64,000 nucleotides of DNA from Myxococcales bacterium (lineage in GTDB: Bacteria > Myxococcota_A > Bradymonadia > REDH01): assembly GCA_020633625.1 (NCBI GenBank), contig JACKDJ010000023.1, forward strand, positions 531 through 64,530. Reading direction: 5' to 3'. Below the pieces are notes generated by a model. It did not search any database. It was not told the DNA's origin and saw nothing but the letters and a program-made list of their open reading frames with translations. Positions 41,031 through 49,997 of the stretch are shown here, one piece after another. Every line of letters starts with the position of its first letter. Positions within the stretch are counted from its first letter, which is position 1. The position numbers were made by a program, and so were the translations under genes.

Positions 41031-43637
41031 TCAGTGAGCCGCCGCCCAGCTCGGCCCGACGCCGACCTCGACCTCGAGCGGCACGGCCAGCTCCACACAG
41101 CGCTCCATGCGCTCCCGAACCACGGCGACGACCTCTGTCACCTCTGCCGGCGGTGCCTCGAAGAGGAGCTCATCGTGGATCTGGACGAGCATCTTCGCCG
41201 CCAGACCGCGGGCATCGAGCTCGCGTTGGATCTGCAGCATGGCGAGCTTGCAGATGTCGGCGGCGGAGCCCTGGATCGGTGTGTTTGCCGCGATGCGCTC
41301 GCCGTAGCCCCGATCCTGCCAGTTGTTGGAGCGGAGCTCCGGGATCATCCGACGGCGCCCCAGAAGCGTCTCACAGTACCCGTTCGCGTCGGCCTCGGCG
41401 ATCGTCCGGTCCAGCCACGCTCGCACGCCCGAGTAGAGCTCGAAGTAGCGGTCGATCATCTCCTGTGCGCGCTTGCGCGGCACGCCGAGCTGCTGTCCGA
41501 GGGCGGTCGCGCCTTGTCCGTAGATGGTGGCGAAGTTCACCGTCTTGCCGACCGTGCGCTGCTCGCGTGTGACCTCGGCTTCGACGACATCGAAGATGCT
41601 GGCAGCAGTCTGGCGATGCAGGTCGAGCCGCTCGTTGAACGCCCGCAGCAAGGCCGCGTCCTTGGAGCAGTGCGCGAGCACGCGGAGCTCGATCTGGCTC
41701 CAGTCGGCAGAGATCAGCTCCCAGCCGCCGCGCGGCACGAAAGCCTCGCGGATGCGCCGGCCATCGTCGGTCCGTATGGGCGTCCGCTGCAGGTCCGGGT
41801 CGGTCGTGATGAGGCGCCCAGAAGCGCCGGCCGTCTGTTGGAACGTTGCGTGCACTCGACCGTCGGTCGGGTCGATCGCACGCTGCAAGACCTCGGTGTA
41901 TGTGTTGATCAGCTTGTCGAGCGCCCGCCACTCCAGCACACGTTCCGCGATCTCGTGCTTGGGCGCGAGGCGCTCGAGGACGTCGGCCGCCGTCGAGTAG
42001 CCGGTCTTGTTTCGTTTGACGACGTCGATCTTCAGCTCGTCGAACAGCACCTCGCCGAGCTGTTTCGACGAGCCGAGGTTGAACGGATGGCCGGCGAGCT
42101 CGTGCACGCGGGCCTCGACTTCGGCACGCCGCGCGCCGAAGTCGCGCTGCAGCGACGCGAGCACGTCTGGCAGAACGCGGACGCCGTCGGCCGACATCCT
42201 CGCGAGGACTCCCGACAAGGGGAGCTCCACGTCGTCGTGGATCTTGCGGGCATCGAGCTCGTCCAAGCGCGGCACGAGCGCCGTCCACAGGTCCTCGGTG
42301 GCGACGGCGCTGCTCACCGCCCACGCGGCCACGGCCGCAGGGTCCGCCTCTGCGAAGGTCGCCGCGCCACCCCGCGCGTCGCGCGCCGTGGGCAGCGCGC
42401 GCTGCAGGTACTCGCGAGCGACGCGCTCCAGCTCGTGCGGGATGCACTTGGTGGGGTCGACCAGGAACGACGCGAGCGCCGTGTCGCCCGCCACGCCACC
42501 CAGCGCGTGACCGGCGCGGCGCAGGGCGGCGTCGAGGTCGCGGGCGTGGTGCACTATCTTCGGGCGGGGTCCCGCGAGGAGTTCGTGGAGCGCCTCCGCC
42601 GTGGCTGGCGACAGCGGCGCGTAGCCAGCGTCGCCGCCGACACACAGCGCCACGCCGACGAGGGCGGGGGCGCGCGGAGGCTCGGAGTCCAGCACGGGCG
42701 CGACCGCGATCGCACCTCTGCGTGGGCAGAGAGCCACGCGCGAACGGCCTCGTCGGTGCTCAGCGTGTTGGCGTCGGGCGCCTCGGCGAGCGGCTGCGCT
42801 GGTCGGCGCCAAGCAGCGAGTTGAACTCGAGACGTCGATAGAGGGCGTTGATCGCGGCCTCGTCGACGGGTGGGAGGTCAGCCCCTCGATGCCGAACGGG
42901 AGCGGCGCGGCGCAGTCGATGGTCGCCAGCTCTCCGAGAGCAGCGCCTGGTCGCGGTAGGTCTCGAGGTTCTCGCGCTGCTTGCCCTTGAGCGCGTCGAG
43001 GTTCTCGTAGACGCCGTCGAGGCTTCCGTACTTCTCCAGCAGGCCCGCCGACGACTTCTGCCCGACGCCGGGGACCCCGGGATGCCGTCAGAGCTGTCGC
43101 CCATGAGCGCGAGGTGGTCGACGAACTGGCTCGCCAGCACGCCCCACTTCTTGCGCACGAGCTCTTCGTCGTAGGTGACGTCGCGCATCGGGTCGAGCAT
43201 GCGGACCTGCGGCGCGATGAGCTGCGCGAAGTCCTTGTCGCCCGACACGATCATGACCTCGTGCCCGGCGGCGACGGCCTGTTTGGTCAGCGTTCCGATG
43301 ACGTCGTCGGCCTCTGTACCCGGGACGCGCAGCGTCGGGTAGCGGTGAGCGGCGACGACCTCGTCGATCAGCGGGAGCTGAACACGCAGGTCGTCGGGCA
43401 TCGACGGGCGCTGCGCCTTGTACTCGGGGTAGCGCTCGTCTCGGAACGTGGGGCCTGGGCGTCGAAGATGACCGCGCCGAAGCGGGCGAGCTTCGCCGCG
43501 AGCAGCTTCCGGAACATGAGCGCGAACCCGTAGGTCGCGTTCGTCGGGGTGCCGTCGGCGGTCGAGAAGCTGGAGGGGATCGCGAAGTAGGCGCGGTAGA
43601 TCAGCGCGCTCCCATCGATGAGTACGACCCGCTCCAT
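41031..43637 (-). pseudogene. polA: DNA polymerase I, reading frame interrupted about six times in the 5'-nuclease/linker third
   Basis: Three ORFs (43637..43368, 43401..42760, 42812..41031) carry collinear Pol I sequence. These are MERVVLIDGSALIYRAYFA, MPDDLRVQLPLIDE...SGDKDFAQL, LEFNSLLG, and an intact polymerase domain ending VPLEVEVGVGPSWAAAH. Hand translation shows -1 frame losses near 43451, 43077, 42937, 42878, 42804 and 42716. Confidence 0.8.
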
Positions 43638-43650
43638 CGGCTTCTCCGCG

Positions 43651-44666
43651 CTAGGGCGTGCCTTCCATCAGCGACATCCCGTTGCCGAGATCGCGGCGGG
43701 TGCGCCGCGCCATCGCGATGAAGTCGGTCGCGCGGCCCGACGCGACCCAGGCCGCGTAGTCGGTGCCGCGCTGCAGGGCGTAGTGGTAGTTGCCCTCGAC
43801 CACGCGGCTCCAGTTCCCGTACTGCCGGGTGTGGAGCACCCACGAGTGGTCGTCGAACGGCATCGCCGTGATGTTGGCGACCGTCTGCGGGTCGTACGTG
43901 TAGTACTGCTCGGCGTTCGAGAGGTAGAGCAGGCGCACGGGCATCCCGTTGTCGCGAGCGACACGCGCGATGCCGGTCATCGCAGACGACGCGGTCAGGT
44001 CGCCGCGGATCGCGAACACGCGGTTGTTGATCCACAGGTTGCGGATGAAGTCGTACTCCGTCTGGTCGTTGACGAACGCGACGACGCCGTCGCGTGTGTA
44101 CTCGCGTGCCAGCCGGCGGAGTCGCGCGCCGCAGAGGTGGATCGAGGCGCGGAGCGAGCGAGCGACGGCCTCGGCGCGCGCCGGCGGGAGGTCCGCGTTG
44201 ACGAGCGCGATCACCTCGTCGAGCCGGTCGTCGTCCCAGTAGGCGAGGAAGTCGGCCGGGGTGGTCGCATGCTTGAAGAGAACGCCGTACGCCTCGTGGA
44301 CGTTCGCGATCTGCTGATCGAAGTCGAGCATGACGACGAGGGAGGACCGCGCCCAGCCGGCCATGACGTAGTTCTGGTCGGTGCCGACGCCGATGTAGAC
44401 GCCGCCGATGTTTGCGATCGTGTCGCGCACGATCCAGTGCCCCTCTTCGTTCGAGACCCAGTAGTGCGAGTCGCGTGTCAGCGCCTCGGGCTCGGGGTCC
44501 GGCGCCACAGCCTCGAGCTGCGACCGGATGTTCGCCGGAAGCGGCACGGTCGGTCGTTGGCCGCCGAAGTCTGCGCGGAGGCCGGGAGGGACGTCGCGAG
44601 CGCGGAGAGCGTCACGAGGAGCGCCGCGAAGGAGCGGCGGGAGAGAAGGGCGCGGTTTCTGGTCAT
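43651..44666 (-). CDS. Hypothetical exported protein; signal peptide and mature domain lie in different frames (apparent 1-nt frameshift)
   Basis: The mature domain is the C-terminal about 300 aa of ORF 43651..45549 (DSHYWVSNEEGHWIVRD...GVGTDQNYVMAGW...). A strong signal peptide (MTRNRALLSRRSFAALLVTLSALATSLPASAQT) starts at the ATG at 44666 in the frame of ORF 44478..45323. The frames meet near 44540-44560. Confidence 0.5.
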
Positions 44667-44789
44667 CGGTAGGGGTACGGCATGGACGGACGCTCGGCAC
44701 CCTATGGCGCCGTTCGATCCGCCGCAAGAACCGCCAGCGGGCGGCACGGCGAGGTGACCCCTGGCGGTCGCGCGGGCGTCGGTTCGACG

Positions 44790-45310
44790 GGTGAGGCGGT
44801 CGCCCCCAGGTCGTCGAGCCCACCCGTCGAGCCCGCCCGAAGGTAGCCAGTACGCCCCCGGTCGAGCCCGCCCCGCCCCCAGGTCGAGCCCGCCCCAGGT
44901 CGATGCGACGCCCGGTCGAGCCCGCCCGAAGGTAGTTTCCGCCCCCAGGTCGAGCCCGCCCGAAGGTAGTTTCCGCCCCCAGGTCGAGCCCGCCCGAAGG
45001 TAGTTTCCCAGGTCGAGCCCGCCCAGCCCGCCCGAGCCCAGGTCGAGCCCGCCCGAAGGTAGTTTCCCAGGTCGAGCCCGCCCCCAGGTCGAGCCCGCCC
45101 GAAGGTAGTTTCCGCCCCCAGGTCGAGCCCGCCCGAAGGTAGTTTCCGCCCCCGGTTGAGCCGGCCGTCGAGCCCGCCCGAAGGTAGTTTCCCAGGTCGA
45201 GCCCGAGCCCCCCAGGTCGAGCCCGCCCGAAGGTAGATTCCGCCCCCGGTCGAGCCCGCCGTCGAGCCCGCCCCCCGCCAGGTCGAGCCCGCCCGAAGGT
45301 AGTTTCGAGG
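44790..45310 (+). repeat. Degenerate tandem array (about 34-bp unit) of REP-like element, core CCCGAAGGTAGTTTC
   Basis: Core copies start at 44836 (degenerate), 44925, 44959, 44993, 45052, 45098, 45132, 45177, 45226 (GTAGATTC variant) and 45292. The unit is CCCGAAGGTAGTTTCCGCCCCCAGGTCGAGCCCG, with extra CAGGTCGAGCCCGCC submodules. Confidence 0.9.
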
Positions 45311-45373
45311 GTCGCCAACGCACCGCCCGCGGCCCGACGCCGAAAAGGGGCGGCCCGAGACCGGAGCCGCCCG

Positions 45374-46261
45374 ATGACCCCGCCGCGACAGATCCTCCCG
45401 AACACGAACTTCGAAGTCTGCACGCGCACGTTCGCGCGCACCTTCCGGCTGCTCCCGACGCCGGCGATCAAGAACGCGATCCTGTACATCGTCGGGGTGG
45501 CGGCGGCGCGGTACAACATCACGCTGTATGCGATGGTCGCGATGACCACGCATTACCACCTCGCGGGGAGAGACACCGACGGCCGGCTCCCCGAGTTCAT
45601 CCAGTACGTGAACTCGCTGCTGGCGCGCGCGCTGAACGCCGAGCAGGGCATGGACGACAAGTTCTGGTCGGGCGACGGCTACCACCTGCTGCGTCCGGAG
45701 TCCGCGGACGACCTGATGCGACGCCTCATCTACATTGCGGCCAACCCGGTCGCCGCGGACTTGGTGAATCGGGCGACCGACTACCCCGGCTTGCTCATCC
45801 GCCCGCGCGACATCGGAACGACGATCACGGCGAAGCGTCCGGACTTCTTCTTCCGCGACAGCGGGTCGATGCAGGAGTCTGTAGAACTGCGGTTCGAGAT
45901 CCCACCCGAGTTCGCGCACCTCGGTCGCGACGGCTACGTCGCCCTCCTGGAGGAGAACCTGCGCGTGGAGGAGCAGAAGCTCCGTGCCAAGCGAAAGGCG
46001 GAGGATCGCGCTGTCATGGGCGCCGACCGCTGCCGCCAAGCCGCGCTCGGCCGCCGCACCACGAAGTTCGAAGAGTGGTTTCGGCTGCGTCCGACGATCG
46101 CGGCCCGCGTGAAGCGAGAGCGGATCGCCGCGATCCGCGCGCTTCAGGCGTTTCGAGAGAGCTACTACGCGGCGCTGAAGGACTGGCGCGCGGGGCTGAC
46201 GGCAGTGTTTCCGCTCGGAACCTGGTGGCTACCTCGATTTGCCGGCGCTGCCGTCGGCTGA
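45374..46261 (+). CDS. IS200/IS605-superfamily Y1 (HUH) transposase homologue, REP-associated tyrosine transposase (RAYT)-like
   Basis: 295-aa ORF with GGAG 8 nt upstream of the ATG. It has an HUH motif (AMVAMTTHYHLAG) and, about 60 aa later, RLIYIAANPVAADLV (a catalytic-Tyr YIxxNPV motif). An intervening N..G....W segment is typical of COG1943-type proteins. Confidence 0.7.
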   Translation: MTPPRQILPNTNFEVCTRTFARTFRLLPTPAIKNAILYIVGVAAARYNITLYAMVAMTTHYHLAGRDTDGRLPEFIQYVNSLLARALNAEQGMDDKFWSGDGYHLLRPESADDLMRRLIYIAANPVAADLVNRATDYPGLLIRPRDIGTTITAKRPDFFFRDSGSMQESVELRFEIPPEFAHLGRDGYVALLEENLRVEEQKLRAKRKAEDRAVMGADRCRQAALGRRTTKFEEWFRLRPTIAARVKRERIAAIRALQAFRESYYAALKDWRAGLTAVFPLGTWWLPRFAGAAVG

Positions 46262-46464
46262 CCGCGCCGCGTCGAGTCCGAACCGTCGGGGAACCGTGGC
46301 GCCGCCAGGCGCGGCGAATCGGTGCGTCCCGAACAGTCGTCGTCGGTGCGTGCAGACGTGTGGTTGGATGCGGCGATGGTTCGGCGAGCGTGAGTTGCCG
46401 CAAAGGTCGGCGACATACGCCGAGGCGCACTCGAGAGGGTCGCGCCCGTTGGTTGATCGGGCGC

Positions 46465-46543
46465 ACTACCCTCGGGCGGTTGGGCGTCAGGCCCACTACC
46501 CCGGGCGGGTCGGCGGAGGGGCACTTACCTACCCTCGGGCGGG
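46465..46543 (-). repeat. Three inverted, degenerate copies of the REP-like motif
   Basis: The copies are ACTACCCTCGGGCGG (46465-46479), ACTACCCCGGGCGGG (46495-46509) and CTACCCTCGGGCGGG (46529-46543). They are the reverse complement of CCGCCCGA[A/G]GGTAGT from the upstream array, with A>G at one position. Confidence 0.7.
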
Positions 46544-46588
46544 TCGGCGGGGGTCGGCGGGGTCGGCGGGGGCGGGTCGGCGGGGGGA
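46504..46588 (+). repeat. G-rich short tandem repeat (GGTCGGCGG)n
   Basis: GGTCGGCGG occurs at 46508, 46542, 46552, 46561 and 46576, separated by G runs. Confidence 0.8.
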
Positions 46589-46762
46589 CCGCGCCGATCA
46601 ACCCCCGGTCGCGACGTTCGGCGTCGCCGTGCGCCCCCGATGCATCGCAAGATGGGCGGACGCCGCTCGACCGCGCAGCCTGCGTCGGGAGCGAACAGGC
46701 TGCTTCTGGGCGAGTTGCTGCCCGTCTGTCGCGCGCCTCGAGGCCGCGCCCCCGCTCCAAAC

Positions 46763-46805
46763 GCGCCGACGCGGGGGTGAGCGATGCCCACCCCCGCGTC
46801 GGCGC
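46763..46805 (-). terminator. Perfect 15-bp GC-rich stem-loop just 3' of the VIT-vWA gene (candidate terminator)
   Basis: GCGCCGACGCGGGGG (46763-46777) pairs with CCCCCGCGTCGGCGC (46791-46805) across a 13-nt loop. It begins 18 nt after the stop at 46823 on the minus strand. Only a short TTT follows it on that strand. Confidence 0.45.
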
Positions 46806-46822
46806 GGTCGCGCGACTCCGCC

Positions 46823-49141
46823 TTACGGCCGAATCTCGACGACCCGGTTGTCGAGGATGAACCGGACGCGGTCGCCGAGCGCGAGGACGTCGGCCAGGCC
46901 CGCGTTGCCGCGGAGGAGGGCGAAGTACTCGTCGGACATCGTGCGGATGGTCATGTCGACGGGCCGGCCGACCGCCTCTTGCTGCACCCACGTGCCGCCC
47001 TGCAGCGTGAACGACCGCCCACCGGCGGTTCGGACGCCCGCGCGCTGGTCCTCGGAGAGGGTCGTCGTGCGAAGCTCCTGGCTCCGCTCGATCTCGGCCT
47101 CGACAGCGTCTCGGCCAGACGCCGGACGGTCCGTCTGTGCGAAGCCGCCGGTACCCGGGGCGCTGCTTCGGCCGCCGCCGATCGAGCCGTAGCCGGTCGA
47201 GCCACCGAGCACGAGGCCGTCGGACGTCGTGCCCCGCGTGCGCGTCGTGCTCTGGGTCGTCATAGGCTCCTCGTTGACGGGAGCGGCCGCCGCGGCAGCC
47301 TCACGACGGGGGGCGGGGGCGGCGTCGTCGAGCTGGGGTCGCATGCCGCCCTCGTCGAGATCGCGCCACGTCGGCTGCGCGACCGGCATCGGCGGCGGCG
47401 AGATCCGCTCCGACGGGTCGACGGCGAGGTAGCTCGTGTATGGCGTCACGATACCCCACCGGGTCGCGAGCGCCACGATGTCGTCGACGGTCCGCTGCGA
47501 CGCCCCGCGCTCGTCGATCTCGGCGAGGAGCGAGTCGATCTTGCGGCGGGCCCACAGGTTGCCGACGAAGCTCGTGTCGGCGCCGTCGAAGCGCGCGAAG
47601 TCGGCGCCGTACTCCATCGTGTATGGGCGGCCACCGGCGCGGCCGGTCACGGTGACAGAGCTGCTGTGGTCGGCCGCGACACGACCAAACACGACGACCT
47701 CGCGATCTCGGTACAGGTCCGGCAGCGGGTTCGGGTACATGTCGCGCACACGAACTCCGGAGAAGTCGATCGCGATCTGCGTCAGCAGCGGCGAGCCGAT
47801 CGAGCTGTAGAAGGTGCCGACGACGTCGCTGAGGTCTTCGTTTGGCCGAACGTAGCCCGTCTCTCCGCGGCCGCGGCGCGCGATTCCGTCGAGCAGGCGC
47901 GTGTTGACGTCGTAGCCGACGCCGAACGCGAACACGCGGCGATCCCCGTCGCTGACGCCGGCGCGCGCCAGCTCGATGATGTCGTCGATGTTGGTGTTGC
48001 CTTCGGTCGGGAGCCCGTCGGTCACGAAGATGATCGAGTGGGGGCGGTCCGAGCTCGCGCGGTCGCGGAGGGCCCGCTCCAGGGCGTCGGAGATGTTTGT
48101 GTTGCCCCGCGCCGAGAGACCGTCAATGAACGCCGACGCGTCGCGGAGGGCGTCCCGCGTCGCGAGGCGCGGCGAGTCGAAGAGCGGCCGCACCGTGCTC
48201 GAGAACGAGATGATCTGCAGCTCGTCTCGCTCGCTGAGGTTCGACACGCAGTACCGGAGCATGTCGCGCGCCTGCTCGATCTTGGCCCCCGCCATCGAGC
48301 CCGACGTGTCGACGACGAACGTCACGCGCTTGGGCAAGACCTCCAGGTCCTCGAGCTCGGGCGATGGCGCCAGCGTCATCATGAAGTAGGCATCGCCACC
48401 GTCGTCGGCCTCGAACGTCAGCAGCGAGAAGCCGAGGTCTTCGCCGGACTGCTGAATGAAGAGCTCGAAGTCGCGCGACGTGCTCGCGGAGCTCGACTCG
48501 AGCGAGAAGTGGGCCGTGTGTCCGTCGCGCGATACGTCGGTGTCGATGTCGTGGTACGGCGAGTAGACGTTCGTGATCGAGTGCGCCGACCGGATGTCAC
48601 CAGACATCACGAGCGTCGGGATCTCGGCGGCCGCAGACGCGTGGAACGGGTATCGGTAGTGGAGCACGCCGCCCTCGCTCGGCAGCACGTTCGCGAACTC
48701 GATCTCGACGCGCTGCTCCCCGTGCGCCGGCACCGGGTAGATCGACGCCTGAAACAGCTCGCCGTCGACGTACTCGAGCAGGCCCGGGTCGCGCATGCGG
48801 CGGACGATACCCTCATACGTCGCGCGCGCCTCTTCGCGGCGGAGGACCTGGCCGCGGATGCGCTCGCCGTTCATCCACAGCGCGAAGTCGGTCGTGACCG
48901 AGCCGGCCGGGATCGCGAAGTAGTAGGTCGCCTCGAGGTCCTGGCTCGTTCGGTTCTCGAAGACCTGCGTCACGTGCGTGACGGCGCCGTTGTCGGTGAT
49001 CTCGACGTCGACGTCGTGCAGGCGGAGCCGGAGCGGGTCGAGGTGCTCGTCGCGCGGGATCAGGAGCTGCGCCGAAGCAGGCGCGGCGACCAGCAGCGCG
49101 GTGAGCAGGGCCAGAAGGGTCAGCAAGCGGGCGGGGTTCAT
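46823..49141 (-). CDS. Secreted VIT-domain / von Willebrand factor type A domain protein
   Basis: 772-aa ORF. The signal peptide is MNPARLLTLLALLTALLVAAPASAQ. It has a VIT-like N-terminus (VTHVTQVFENRTSQDLEATYYFAIP) and a vWA MIDAS motif (VTFVVDTSGSMAG). Confidence 0.85.
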   Translation of the reverse strand: MNPARLLTLLALLTALLVAAPASAQLLIPRDEHLDPLRLRLHDVDVEITDNGAVTHVTQVFENRTSQDLEATYYFAIPAGSVTTDFALWMNGERIRGQVLRREEARATYEGIVRRMRDPGLLEYVDGELFQASIYPVPAHGEQRVEIEFANVLPSEGGVLHYRYPFHASAAAEIPTLVMSGDIRSAHSITNVYSPYHDIDTDVSRDGHTAHFSLESSSASTSRDFELFIQQSGEDLGFSLLTFEADDGGDAYFMMTLAPSPELEDLEVLPKRVTFVVDTSGSMAGAKIEQARDMLRYCVSNLSERDELQIISFSSTVRPLFDSPRLATRDALRDASAFIDGLSARGNTNISDALERALRDRASSDRPHSIIFVTDGLPTEGNTNIDDIIELARAGVSDGDRRVFAFGVGYDVNTRLLDGIARRGRGETGYVRPNEDLSDVVGTFYSSIGSPLLTQIAIDFSGVRVRDMYPNPLPDLYRDREVVVFGRVAADHSSSVTVTGRAGGRPYTMEYGADFARFDGADTSFVGNLWARRKIDSLLAEIDERGASQRTVDDIVALATRWGIVTPYTSYLAVDPSERISPPPMPVAQPTWRDLDEGGMRPQLDDAAPAPRREAAAAAAPVNEEPMTTQSTTRTRGTTSDGLVLGGSTGYGSIGGGRSSAPGTGGFAQTDRPASGRDAVEAEIERSQELRTTTLSEDQRAGVRTAGGRSFTLQGGTWVQQEAVGRPVDMTIRTMSDEYFALLRGNAGLADVLALGDRVRFILDNRVVEIRP

Positions 49142-49243
49142 CGCGGCCTCGGGGGCGGGGGATGAACCGGTGAACGCCAGTGCTCGAGGTTCGGTCTACG
49201 GTCGGCGATCTTTGTGGTCGCGGGTCGCCCGGCGCTCTGCGTT

Positions 49244-49804
49244 CTAGCCGCGCCCGACCACCTCGTAGTCAGACGCGAACGCCTCCCACACCGCCCCCGT
49301 CTCTGGGTCGACCAGCCAGCGCATCGCGTGCTTGCGAGGTACGCGCACGACGCCGTCCGTCGCGACGTACGTGCCGAACACGCGGTCCCAGACAGGCGAC
49401 GTCACGCCGTGGTTTGCGTGCGGGTGGCGGAAGTGGTGGGCGAAGTGGTGCTTCCGAATCAGGCGGCCCCATGCGCCCCGCGGCGGGTGTGTGTGAACCC
49501 GTCGGTGTACCCACTCGTAGAACAGGTATGACGCCACGAATCCAGCGACGAAGGCGGCACCGCGGGCCACGCCGAGCCACGGCATCGTCAGCGCAGAGAG
49601 GACGACCGCCGCAGACGTCGCCGCGCGCGCCTTCTCCCACGGCGACGCGAAGTACTCGAACTCGGCGTGGTGTCGCAGGTGCTCGCGTGAGAAGTGGTTG
49701 CGCCCCTTCGCACGGTGGCCGGCGAAGTCGTGGAGGAGATACTCCGCGAGGGTCCAGCCGAGGGCGCCGACGATAAATAGGAACGATACGGTCACGGTTT
49801 CCAT
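49244..49804 (-). CDS. Fatty acid hydroxylase / sterol desaturase-family membrane protein
   Basis: 186-aa ORF with histidine boxes (HDFAGH, HLRHH, WVHRRVHTH, KHHFAHH) and hydrophobic segments. Confidence 0.75.
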   Translation of the reverse strand: METVTVSFLFIVGALGWTLAEYLLHDFAGHRAKGRNHFSREHLRHHAEFEYFASPWEKARAATSAAVVLSALTMPWLGVARGAAFVAGFVASYLFYEWVHRRVHTHPPRGAWGRLIRKHHFAHHFRHPHANHGVTSPVWDRVFGTYVATDGVVRVPRKHAMRWLVDPETGAVWEAFASDYEVVGRG

Positions 49805-49997
49805 TTTGGGAGCATAGCGTCGAGGAGGGGACCTCGCAACTGGGCGCGGCGAAGAACGACGAAAATCGTTGCGGGCCAGCCCCGAAATCGACGCCGCCGG
49901 GGTGGCGAAAGGCCGGCCGACCGGCTATCGCACCTCCGCGCACACCCGTCTTTTCGCGTGTCCGTTGTACAGACTCTCCATCTCGAAGGAGCGCCCC

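Larger units (their letters stand above)
44790..46553 (+). mobile_element. REPtron-like unit: Y1/HUH (RAYT-like) transposase gene flanked by inward-facing REP-like repeats
   Basis: An upstream direct array (44836-45306) and downstream inverted copies (46465-46543) of the same GTAG-containing motif bracket ORF 45374..46261. Confidence 0.65.
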
